Shown: one piece after another, positions 22,119-34,317 of the stretch
How the letters are laid out: every line of letters begins with the position of its first letter
Position numbering within the stretch: position 1 is the stretch's first letter
Assembly: GCF_001194135.2 (NCBI RefSeq)
Contig: NC_069005.1
Coordinates: 6,975,042 to 7,024,312 of the forward strand
Direction: 5' to 3'
Origin: Octopus bimaculoides
Lineage: Eukaryota
DNA: 49,271 nt
The notes under the pieces: generated by a model
Seen by the model: the letters and a program-made list of their open reading frames with translations, nothing else
Database searches by the model: none
What the model was told of the DNA's origin: nothing
Made by a program: the position numbers and the translations under genes

Positions 22119-25100
22119 TTACCCTGTGGATCTATATAAAATTGAGATTTTTGAAATTTTTTTTCCAGAATCGGATTCTCCATGGTCTGAAACATAGGAT
22201 TCCGTAAAAAAAACAAAATTTAAAAGTGGGGGTATACCCAGATTACATATACTCCATCTCCACCCTTATTCTATCGGTCTCTTTTTTGCCGAACCGCTAA
22301 AGTTACGCGATAAACACACCAGCATCAGTTGTCAAGCGATGGTGGGGGGACAAACAAACACACATATACATATATACGACAGGCTTCTTTCAGTTTCCAT
22401 CTACCAAATCCACTCACGAGGCTTTGGTCGGCCCTAAACTAAAGTAGAAGACACTTGCCCAAGGGCGATTTAGCTGTTGTTTTTAGCACATCCTACGACC
22501 ACCTCATACCTTTCTCGTGTCTTTGTCACTGACATATATTGATGTTTATCAATACTTTTTCTCCCCATAAACACATTTATTAGAATGATGATGCACCCAC
22601 GGGTGATCCATTGCTGGGATTTAAGCAAAAAAATTCAGACTGACCATATTCTAAACTCTGATTTATTAAAAGAAATTCGAAATACAGTGGAAATTTTAAG
22701 ATTTATGGAGTTGGGAGTTAAAAATGTTTTTTCAAATTTTTATTTCTTCATAATCGTATGAATTCCCACATTTACAACACAAATTCGCAAAATAGAGAAT
22801 TATGAGGGGTTATAAGGGGGTGCCTAAAATCAGAATTTCGCCCATCAAAGATCTAATTAGTTTCTCAATAGTGCCACCTTAAGAGCATGAGCTTCAATGG
22901 GTAGTTGCCAAGGGTCTCCTCTTTAAAAGATGATGTGATGTTGAAAAAGACTTAACTATAAATGGATCAATTGAATAAACCAATTAATAACAAACCTATA
23001 ATGACTACTTGAAACAGTTGTAGGAAATATGTAATGACCATTAATTATGCCTTATCTTAGATACCTCAAACCTTCCATCCTCTGACACAAGTCCCCCACC
23101 TCAAATGCCCTGGCCCCTCTCAAAATTCCTTGTCTTGCAAGTTACTTGGTGACCCTGCCGGAGTGAGTGCCACATAAAAAGTATCCAATCCATACTGTAA
23201 AGTGGTTAGCATTTGGAAGGGCATCCATCTGTAAGAATCATGCCAAATCTAACCTCGCCTGTGCTAGTGCCATGTAAAATGTACTGAATCCACTCTGCAG
23301 AGTGGTTGATATTAGGAAGGGCATCCAGCTGCAAAGACCCTGCCAAATCGGACACAGTAGCCTAGGGTGTTTTCTACCAGGCCAGTTCTTGTGAACCATC
23401 CTACCCATGCATGCATGGAAGATGGACATTAAACAATGATGATGATGATATATATTTCTTAAACAAGAATGTTGTTGACAGTGACTTCAAAGTTTTGGCC
23501 AGCTAAGTCATCTTAGCTGGGCCAAAACTTCTAAGTCACTGTTAACATTCTTGTATAAGAATCATAAGTTTGTACTCTACAAAAATATAGAGTAACCCAT
23601 CAGATAAAAACAAACATTAATATGTGTATGTATGTGTATACATATATATGTATATATATGTGTGTGTGAATATGGTTGTGTCTCCTAGTCTTGACATCAT
23701 GTCATAGTTGTAAATGATTGTCAGTCATACAAGCAGTGTCATTCATTTTCAATATCCTATGAGAACTTATGGAGAAATATTACCTTGCTTGGAAACAGGT
23801 GAGGTTTGATAACAGAAAAGGTATCTGGTCATGGAAAATTTGCCTCAACAAATTCCACCTCACCTGTGCAAGCATGAAAAGGTAAACATTAAAAGATGAT
23901 GATGATGATGATGATGTTTTTTTAAAGATATATTTAAAGTATGTCAACTTATTTTTTAGTGAAACAACAGTGTATCACCAACTATAAAAGGTTGGAAAAC
24001 ACTTTTATAGAAGTAAACCCTTGGGAAAATACTGATACAGAAATAATAAACCCTTGCAAGCTTAACACCAATGCATCAAAAAATAACAAGATATATTTTA
24101 TACACCTTTAAGAGTCAGCTTTATTCATTTGAAAATAATAAAAAAAAAACTTTACAAATGAAAAAAAAAACAAACGTGAATAGAATTTTACAATAGAAGT
24201 GAAAACAGCAGTAATTGATTTCATAAAGATCTCATAACAATGAATTAATTGTGGAGAATATGTCTGCTGATTATGATGTCGTCATTAATGCCAATCCTTT
24301 ATTAAAGCTTTGCATCTCAACATGTAGCAACTGCTAGTGCACCATGATACATGTGATGAGAAGAACGGTTTCAATGAAGGATCCATGCCCTGGTGGACAT
24401 AATCATGATACACACAGAGATATTGGGACTTGTGTTCTCATCTAGGGGTGTTACAGTGAGAGACCTACTTCAGCTGCCTGAAACTGAGAGTAAAGTTCTG
24501 GAATTCTCAAACCAAACCCTTTATTTATTCAATCCATGTCAGTAGAATTATGCTCATTCCATCATTCAGTGCCAAAGACATTCTTGTATTTGGTATTCTC
24601 AACCTTGTGGTGCCACTTTCTTGTTCCACTTGAACCAGAGGTTATATAAATCTCCTGACACAGGAATTGAACTCATAGTCACCAGGTAAACTGCANNNNN
24701 NNNNNNNNNNNNNNNNNNNNNNNNNNNNNNNNNNNNNNNNNNNNNNNNNNNNNNNNNNNNNNNNNNNNNNNNNNNNNNNNNNNNNNNNNNNNNNNCCCAC
24801 TAAACTCTCGGAGTGGTTGGTGTTAGGAAGAGCATCCAGCTGTAGAAAGCGTATCAGATCAGATTGGATCCTGGTGCAAACGCTCCAACCCATGCCAGCA
24901 TGGAAAGTAGACGTTAAACAATGATGATGATAATAATTTATATATATACTGCAAAACAAACAAAAAATATTACAGGCTTAAAGGTTATTAATCCTTAAAT
25001 GGCAGGAAAAGGTTGCATGAATGTATACCAAACAAGCAAAAAGCAAAAATATCTTTTCTTAAGGGTAATTCTTTAAGACTTATTTTTCATTTTAAATAAA

Positions 25101-26114
25101 TACGAAAAACTATGAAATTATATTTTACACTCTCTTATATTATAAAAATAAAGACAAAATGGTAATAAAAACATTTGAACATAAATTCTTTTGAGATTCC
25201 CATATTGCTTTTGTCAAACGAATGTACAAATGGAGAAAAAAAATCAATGTGCTTTTTCTATCCAGAACTAATTGAGGCATCACTTTTTTCTGTGCTGTCT
25301 AGAGGATCCTCCTCCTCATTTAATGATGAAGGAAAATCAAAAACAAAAAAAAAAAGCATCTTCATTGTTGTATAATCTTTTTCGTTTGCAACTTAATGTC
25401 TCCCACTGATGAGGGGTAATTAAACTTGGGTTGCATTTGACGCAGTAGATACTTCTCCTTCAATGAAGCATCAGTTGATGATATCTGCTGTTTAAAGATT
25501 AATATGAGAACGTCCTTAGTATGGACAATGGAACAAGGAAAAAATTTACCCCACTTTCCATGGAATAAAGGATTTGGTTTGAAACTCCAAGAATGTTTAC
25601 CAAATGTGAAAGGCATTTGAAAAAAGGTGAAAGAGTATACAGTGCCTGGAATCAAGATGAGAACACTAGTCTGAATATAAACACATGTGGTAATTCTTTC
25701 TACTATAGGCACAAGGCCTAAAAATTTTGTGGGTATGGCTAGTCAATTATATANNNNNNNNNNNNNNNNNNNNNNNNNNNNNNNNNNNNNNNNNNNNNNN
25801 NNNNNNNNNNNNNNNNNNNNNNNNNNNNNNNNNNNNNNNNNNNNNNNNNNNNNNNNNNNNNNNNNNNNNNNNNNNNNNNNNNNNNNNNNNNNNNNNNNNN
25901 NNNNNNNNNNNNNNNNNNNNNNNNNNNNNNNNNNNNNNNNNNNNNNNNNNNNNNNNNNNNNNNNNNNNNNNNNNNNNNNNNNNNNNNNNNNNNNNNNNNN
26001 NNNNNNNNNNNNNNNNNNNNNNNNNNNNNNNNNNNNNNNNNNNNNNNNNNNNNNNNNNNNNNNNNNNNNNNNNNNNNNNNNNNNNNNNNNNNNNNNNNNN
26101 NNNNNNNNNNNNNN

Positions 26115-26400
26115 ATGTCCCCACATGGGGATTAACACATACTTTAAGAAATTACTATTTCTTATTACTCCATGTCCCCACATGGGGATTAACACATACT
26201 TTAAGAAATTATTATTTCTTATTACTCCATGTCCCCACATGGGGATTAACACATACTTTAAGAAATTACTATTTCTTATTACTCCATGTCCCCACATGGG
26301 GATTAACACATACTTTAAGAAATTACTATTTCTTATTACTCCATGTCCCCACATGGGGATTAACATATACTTTAAGAAATTATTATTTCTTATATTTAAT
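26115..26400. repeat. 57-bp minisatellite, 4 full copies plus a diverged fifth, abutting a gap
   Basis: Units start at 26115, 26172, 26229, 26286 and 26343; each contains the hairpin TCCCCA-CA-TGGGGA. Confidence 0.92.
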
Positions 26401-27034
26401 TATTTATGTTATGATTTTATTTACTCCATGTACCCAGACCTTGGGGACACCCTGTATTTAATTTGCAATATATCATTACTTAACCAAAAGTTTGGAACAT
26501 AGATCTGAAAATTATTAGGCAAGTATAACGCTTTGTTGTATATATTTGAATTGAATTGTACTTGGGCATAAAAATTTTAATTGTTAAAGAAATATTCCAA
26601 AATTTTTGGCCATGACTGTATAAGCTACAGAGCTAGAAATTAAAAAGTGGTATCTATAAAACAAAGAAAAAAAATCTCCCAAAAGGAAAAAAAAAGGGAC
26701 TATAAACTGAAACAGACCTAGCAAACTAAATGTACCAAGCAAAATTTACTGAATCACTGATGCATGACATGGAAATAGTAAAAACTCAAACAATGACAAA
26801 CCTAGAACTTCAAGCATTTAGATTAATTAATGAACACAGACGCTCGTGTGGCGTCATGTAAAAGCATCCAGTACACTGTGTAAAGTGGTTGGTGTTAGGG
26901 AGGGCATCCAGCTGTAGATAGCAGGCTGAATCAGACTGGGGTCTGGTGGAGCTCCCCAGCTTGCCAGCTCTGGTCAAACCGTCTAACCCATGCCAGCATG
27001 GACTACAGGCGTTAAATGATGATGATGATTATAA

Positions 27035-27071
<37 letters not shown>

Positions 27072-27795
27072 GTATGTAACTTAGCGGTTCGGCAAAAGAG
27101 ACCGATAGAATAAGTACTAGGCTTACAAAGAATAAGTCCTGGGGTCGATTTGCTCGACTAAAGGCGGTGCTCCAGCATGGCCACAGTCAAATGACTGAAA
27201 CAAGTAAAAGAGTATGTATATACATACTTATATATGTATCTACTTACATATCTATATATACATACATATATGTATATACATACATATTTATATATATACA
27301 CACACATATATATACATACATATATATATACATANNNNNNNNNNNNNNNNNNNNNNNNNNNNNNNNNNNNNNNNNNNNNNNNNNNNNNNNNNNNNNNNNN
27401 NNNNNNNNNNNNNNNNNNNNNNNNNNNNNNNNNNNNNNNNNNNNNNNNNNNNNNNNNNNNNNNNNNNNNNNNNNNNNNNNNNNNNNNNNNNNNNNNNNNN
27501 NNNNNNNNNNNNNNNNNNNNNNNNNNNNNNNNNNNNNNNNNNNNNNNNNNNNNNNNNNNNNNNNNNNNNNNNNNNNNNNNNNNNNNNNNNNNNNNNNNNN
27601 NNNNNNNNNNNNNNNNNNNNNNNNNNNNNNNNNNNNNNNNNNNNNNNNNNNNNNNNNNNNNNNNNNNNNNNNNNNNNNNNNNNNNNNNNNNNNNNNNNNN
27701 NNNNNNNNNNNNNNNNNNNNNNNNNNNNNNNNNNNNNNNNNNNNNNNNNNNNNNNNNNNNNNNNNNNNNNNNNNNNNNNNNNNNNNNNNNNNNNN

Positions 27796-28198
27796 TTATT
27801 ATTATTATTATTGAGTGAGAGAGCAGGGCATGCCATCAAAGTGACACTGGGGCACAAATATACGAAGCCCATTATACCCATCATGACTACTCGTCTGATA
27901 AGGGTACACCAGGCACATGCATCACAACCAGATGTGCACGACATAGTGATCTCATATCAAGATAAACAGCGCATGACCTTGCAGGTGGGGCTCAGTTAGA
28001 ATTTTCTTCAGGTCGAGTAGCCCATCTCGCTCAAAAGGTCCCTGAATAAGGGTTGTTTAAGGATGTTGAGCAAAACACCCATGTTTCCAAAGTGAATTAT
28101 TCAAACCCCAAAGAGTTCCTCTCAACACATGGCTATGATGCTCCCCCACTACTTCTGCTCATGATCAGAGATGCACATATCGTCAGCCAGCAAGGGTT
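27796..28198 (-). mobile_element. Unclassified (AAT)n-tailed repeat, possibly a LINE 3' end
   Basis: GC-richer block ending in (AAT)n on the minus strand next to a gap. Only one copy in this window, so repeat status is from recall. Confidence 0.35.
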
Positions 28199-29633
28199 AT
28201 TATTATTATTATTATTATTATTATAGGCGGTGAACTGGCAGAATTATTAGCATGCCAGGCAAAATGGTTCCGGGGAATTTTTTCCTGCCCTTTACATTCT
28301 GAGTTCAACTTTATCTTTCATCCTTTCAGGGTTGATTAGATAAATAATACCAGTTGTGCACTGGGGTTGATGTAATCAACTACTTACCCTCCCCAGCAAG
28401 ATTTCAGGCCTTGTACTTATAAGAGAAAGAAACATTATTAATTAAGACAGAATCGTTAGCACACCAGATAATATGCTTCGTGCCATTTTTGTTCATTGTT
28501 ACATTCAGAGCTGCATCGAGGTTGGCTTTGCCTTTCATCCTTTTGGAGGTCAATAAATTAAGTACCAGTCAAGTTCTGGGGTTGAAGCAATTGACTAGAC
28601 CCCCCCCCCACCGCCCCATAATTTCAAGGTCTGTAATGATAACAGAAAGGATTATTATTATTATTATTATGATTATTATTATTGGGTTAATGAGTCATTA
28701 AGTTCAGTGCTCTAAACTTAATGACTTGCAATAATGAGTTAATTAATTTTTTTTTTCTGAAGTCAAATCCTGTTGAATGTCTGCTTTGTTTTACATCCTT
28801 CTGGAAGTTTCTATCGCTCCACTGCCCCACATCTACAAGGATGATGATGATGATGTTGATGATGATGATAATGGTGGTGATGATGATGGTGATTCCTGAT
28901 TTAGGAACAAGGCCAGGAAGTTTGAGTGGAGCGTGTTCTACTATAGGCACATGGCCTGAAACATGAGGGGAGGGGGCCAGTTGATTAGATCGACCCAGTA
29001 CGCAACTGGTACTTATTTTATCAACCCCAAAAGGATGAAAGGCAAAGTTGACCTTGGTGGAATTTGAACTCAGAACGTAATGGCATACGAAATACCGCTA
29101 AGCATTTCACCTGGTGTGCTAATGATTCTACCAGCTCACTGCTTTATTTGCCACCTTGATAATAAAAAATAATAACAATAATTCTGTCTGTCTTTCTACT
29201 ATAGGCACAAAGCCTGAAAATGTTATGAGAGGAGACTAGTTGATTACAGCAACCCCAGTATACAACTGGTACTTTTTTTTATCAATCCTGAAAAGATGAA
29301 AGGCAAAGTCAACCTCGGTGGAATTGGAACTCAGAACGTGAAGACAAAATACCACTAAGCATTTCGCCTGACATGCTAATGATTCTGCCAGCTCACCATC
29401 TTATTTGCCACCTTAATAATTATTTCTACTCTAGGCACATGGCCTTGAAAATTTTGGGGGAAGAGGGCTGGTCGATTGCATCAACCCCAGTGCATAACTG
29501 GTACTTATTTCATTAACCCAAAAAGGACGAAAGGCAAAGTTGACCTCGACTGAATTTGAACTCAGAACATAGCAGCAGACAAAATACCACTCAACATTTC
29601 ACCCAGCATGCTAACAATGCTGCCAACTTGCCA

Positions 29634-29687
<54 letters not shown>

Positions 29688-29920
29688 TAATAATGATAAT
29701 CCTTTCTATCTTTATCCTATAGGCACAAAGTCTGGAAATTTTATGGGAGGGACTAGTTGATTACAGCAATCCCAATATACAACTGGTACTTATTTTATCA
29801 ACCCCGAAAGGATGAAAGGCAAAGTCGACCTCGGCGGAATTTGAACTCAGAACGTAAAGACTGACGAAATACCGCTAAGCATTTCGCCCGGTGTGTTAAT
29901 GATTCTGCCAGCTCGCCACC

Positions 29921-29957
<37 letters not shown>

Positions 29958-30602
29958 CAAAAACAATAATAATGATAATTCTTTCTATTTTTCTACTATA
30001 GGCACAAAGCCTGAAAATGTTATGAGAGGAGACTAGTTGATTACAGCAACCCCAGTACACAACTGGTACTTTTTTTTATCAATCCTGAAAAGATGAAAGG
30101 CAAAGTCAATCTTGGTAGAATTTGAACTGAAAATGTGAAAAATGGAAGAAATGTCGCTAAGCATTTTGTCCAGTATACTACCAATTTTGCCAGCTCATTG
30201 GCTTATAATACTTTTTTCTACTAATATTTTGGCCGGATGTGGTTGGTTTAAATGCTAAAGGGTTATTTTCTTATTGTGTAATAATATCACTGTATTTAAT
30301 TGAGTACATAATATGATTTAAAATGTATGAATATCAGGCAATCCCTTACATTTTTGCACTTAAAAAAATACAAACAAAACAGCAATATAGTTTTGTTGTT
30401 CTTTTTCCTTTTTTCTTTTCACATTCATGACTATACCAGTCATGGAAAAGTTGGCAATTATTAAAATGGATCCCTTGTTAGTTGCATCTGATTTTGAAAG
30501 AAAAAAAAGGGGAAGATAGGTAAAATAATATGCTTTGCCCCACACAGAAGCTTGCAGGAGTTACTCAGAGGTTTTGCACGCTCTTCTAAATCCCACATGA
30601 GC

Positions 30603-31310
30603 TTTCATAATAAAATTCCTTACATTCTACACGAGTATCATCAGCTGGTATTTCAGAGTCACAAGCGTTTCAACCCTTAGCCTGTATGCTTCACCTGAGT
30701 GGGGCAGCGAGGACTGAATTAACCTTCACCTACGGAAGGGTTCCACTGGCTGTCTCTTATCAACCATAGCTACCTTTCTTTGTGCATGGAGATAAAGTGT
30801 GTAGGGTGATTGTTTTCTTCTGAGCTTGTGTCAAAACCATCCACTGATGGTACCCTCCAATTTTGACACAGAGGTTTCATAATAAAATTCCTTACATTCT
30901 ACACGAGTATCATCAGCCGGTATTTCAGAGTCACAAGCGTTTCAACCCTTAGCCTGTATGCTTCACCTGAGTGGGGCAGCGAGGACTGAATTAACCTTCA
31001 CCTACGGAAGGGTTCCACTGGCTGTCTCTTATCAACCATAGCTACCTTTCTTTGTGCATGGAGATAAAGTGTGTAGGGTGATTGTTTTCTTCTGAGCTTG
31101 TGTCAAAACCATCCACTAATGGTACCCTCCAATTTTGACACAGAGGTTTCATAATAAAATTCCTCACATTCTACACGAGTATCATCAGCCGGTATTTCAG
31201 AGTCACAAGCGTTTCGACCCTTAGCCTGTACGCTTCGCCTGAGTGGAGCAGCAAGGACTGAATTAATCTTCACCAATTTTGACATGAGGTTTCATAATTA
31301 AATTCCTCTC
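30603..31310. repeat. 272-bp tandem repeat (2 full copies, 1 internally deleted copy, start of a fourth)
   Basis: TTTCATAATAAAATTCC recurs at 30603, 30875 and 31147, and as a variant at 31290. Confidence 0.92.
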
Positions 31311-31732
31311 GTTCTATATTAGTAAATAAAGTTTTGTCTTGGGAGACTCATTGAATAGATTTAACCATTATACAACTGTTTTTCTTTAAAAAAAAAAAAT
31401 TCAATACACAAGTCACGGGCAACCAATTGCCTACAAGACTTTCTGGATGGCATGTCTAATAAAAAACGTTAGCTTGAATTTTTACAGTAATGTGGCCACC
31501 TGATGATGAACCATGTCTCATGTGGCCTGCTTCTCAAAAATCGTTGCCCATGTCTGATACACAAGTTTAGACAAAATCTCTGGCAGAAGCAATACATACA
31601 AAGGAGCCTATTCAGACTAGTAGTAGTAGTAGTAGTAGTAGCAGTAGGGGAATTTATCACATTTTTTTCGGCTTGAAGATGAAATAAAAAGTCAGGAAAA
31701 ATACTCTGGAAATTGTCAGCAGTAGTAGTAGT

Positions 31733-31765
<33 letters not shown>

Positions 31766-32995
31766 GGTAGTAGTAGTAGTAGTAGTTGCAGCAGTACCAG
31801 TACCAATAGTAGTAGTAGTATGCAAAGGAAGTGAGCAATGACAGAACAAACCAATGAGGGAAGCCTCTAAATGGTTGATGAGTCTGCTAGAAATAGCAGC
31901 AGTCAAATTTCCCTCAAACTACACTAGGAACTATATAGAGAAAAAGAAAAAAAAAGAAATAAAATGGACGCACTGGATGATGTAGTCACAGATCCGTCTA
32001 CAATGTGTAAAAAAATAAAGAGACAGGATGGTCACATTTGTGGAATGCCTTTGATCGAAAGGTCTGCTGGATTAGGACTGACCTACCTGGGGTTTAAACA
32101 ACAACAACAACAAAAATAATGACAAGGAGAATAGCAGTGACAGAAAATATCATGAGACATTGTCAGGGGGGGGGGAAGATAAGGGGGCTGTTGAGAGAGG
32201 AGGGGAGTTGCCGGGAGACGGAGGGGATAAGGAGATGTAATAGTTTGAGGACAGTTCCTTATAAGGAATATGATTTATACATTTTGACTCAGGAGCAATG
32301 GTATAAGCTGCTTCAAACAATGTTATCAGGTTAATCCCTTTTTTTCAGAGCATATTTTGCATAGGTGTTTTTTAATTAATTTCACAAAATAATCAAGAAT
32401 CTGGAGGGATTTAGTGAAAAAGAACATTATTGATGTTTGGAACTTAACTAAAGGAAGTTTTACATTTAACCCCCCCCACCAAAAAAAAAAAAACCTAGAT
32501 GAAAGGTCTTAATTGAAAAAAAAAACAAACCTAGATGAAAGGTCTTAATTGAAAAAAAAAAAAAAACCAATTGAAAATGAGAAATTTTGTATTATGGAAC
32601 CAGAGTTAGTCCCAGGCAGGTTAAAAGGTTTCTTAATCATTTAAGTGTGAAATTAAATTTTATGGTTAATTCGGTAATTATTTTAAATATCTACCAAAAA
32701 ATATAGAATTGGTATTTTCTGCAAGTTATGTTGCCTCATTAAACTTGATATATCTCAACAAAAAATAGTTTCAAACATGACATTTCTCAACGAAGACAGA
32801 TTGCTAAACAACATTACTTTCTGCAGTTAAGGATAATGAAATTTTGATTGGTTATATCTGATTTCTGCGTTTAAAAGGATTAACCAATGATAGCATAGCA
32901 ATAATGATCAGGATAATTATGCTAACGAAGTTGATTATGACATTGATGACATTCCTTATTTTCTTAATATTGTAATTAACTAATTCTAACCATGA

Positions 32996-33330
32996 AGGCG
33001 CTTGGCTCAGTGGTCACGGCACCGGGCTCACAATCATGAAGTAGTGAGTTCAATTCCCAGACCGGGCTGTATGTTGCGCTCTTGAGCAAGACACTTTTAT
33101 TGCCTGTCGTTCCAGTTCATTCAGCTGTAGAAATGAGTTGTGACATCACTGGAGTCAAGCTGTATCGGTCTCTGCCTTTCCCTTGGATAACATCGGTGGC
33201 ACAGAGAGGGGGAGCTGGTATGCATGGGCGACAGTTGGTGTCTTCCATGAACAACCTTGCCTGGACTTGTTCCTCAGAGGGGAACTTCCTAGGTGCAATC
33301 CCATGGTCATTCTTGACCAAGGGGTCTCTT
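32996..33330 (+). mobile_element. tRNA-derived SINE (further family)
   Basis: TGGCTCAGTGGT A-box and GAGTTCAATTCC B-box, followed by CTTGAGCAAGACACTT core-like sequence. Related heads at about 33625-33900(+) and 2905-3000(-). Confidence 0.65.
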
Positions 33331-33904
33331 TACCTAATCTAACTTTTCGACCAGGAAATTAAACTTTATGTCGTTTTTGGATTTGGTTTGCATGTGATTC
33401 TAGAGAATTTCTAAATTTTTTCTTTCAGAAAATTTAGAATTTTCTAGAATCACTTTCCTATGGATGTCATCAAATCTTATTTTCTTTACTCATTGTTACA
33501 CAAAAGACTAATGAAGTAAGAAGTTTTATAATTAAAAATTTAGGTTTTGATCAGTGCAGCTTATATTCACGCAGTTGAGTGTGTGTGTATGTGTGTATGT
33601 GTATGCATGTGTGTGTGTATTGTGAGGGCACATGGCCTAGTGGTTAGGGTGTTGTACTCATGATCAGGAGATTGTGGTTTCAATTCCTAGACCATATGGT
33701 GCATTGTATCCTTGAGCAAAACACCTCATCTCACATTGCTCTGCAATCACTACGATACCTGATGCATTGTACACAGTGACACCTGTTCAGACAACGTCAA
33801 GTTGATGGGGGAAGTGAGCTAATGTGTGGCATAAACATTTGATCACTATAAACAAATCATTTGTGCAGGGCCGAACGCTCATATGTTGTCTCTGACAGGA
33901 GATT

Positions 33905-33952
<48 letters not shown>

Positions 33953-34317
33953 TATATATATATACACATATATACATATATACACACACTAACAGTTTCC
34001 TAATTCCGGTTTATAAATGTGAGCAGTTGTAATAATTTAATTTTAAAGTCTTGAAAGAAAATTGTTCACAGTTAGTTTACAATATTTGACGAAACAAAAT
34101 ATTGCACAAGGTTTCTGTTCTGGGGGGGTTATTTTTGTTTCTTTTTTTTTGGCTTTTTAGATTAAAAAAATAAATACAATTAAAAAAAAAACAGAGACAC
34201 CTTCGCAGATATTTGTGGAAATAGAGTTTAGAAAGCATGTGGAGTTGATGTAGAGAAATCAACAAATATTCGACTGGATGTTAAATGAAAATAATGATGA
34301 CTTAACAGAAGACAAAT

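Noticed and set aside
26115-26400. CRISPR-like array (regular repeats with an internal palindrome)
   Set aside because: Units are contiguous with no unique spacers, there are no cas genes, and the context is eukaryotic
32996-33070. Functional tRNA genes at SINE heads (also 11511, 33625, 44583)
   Set aside because: A/B boxes are present, but the cloverleafs are broken and run directly into SINE bodies
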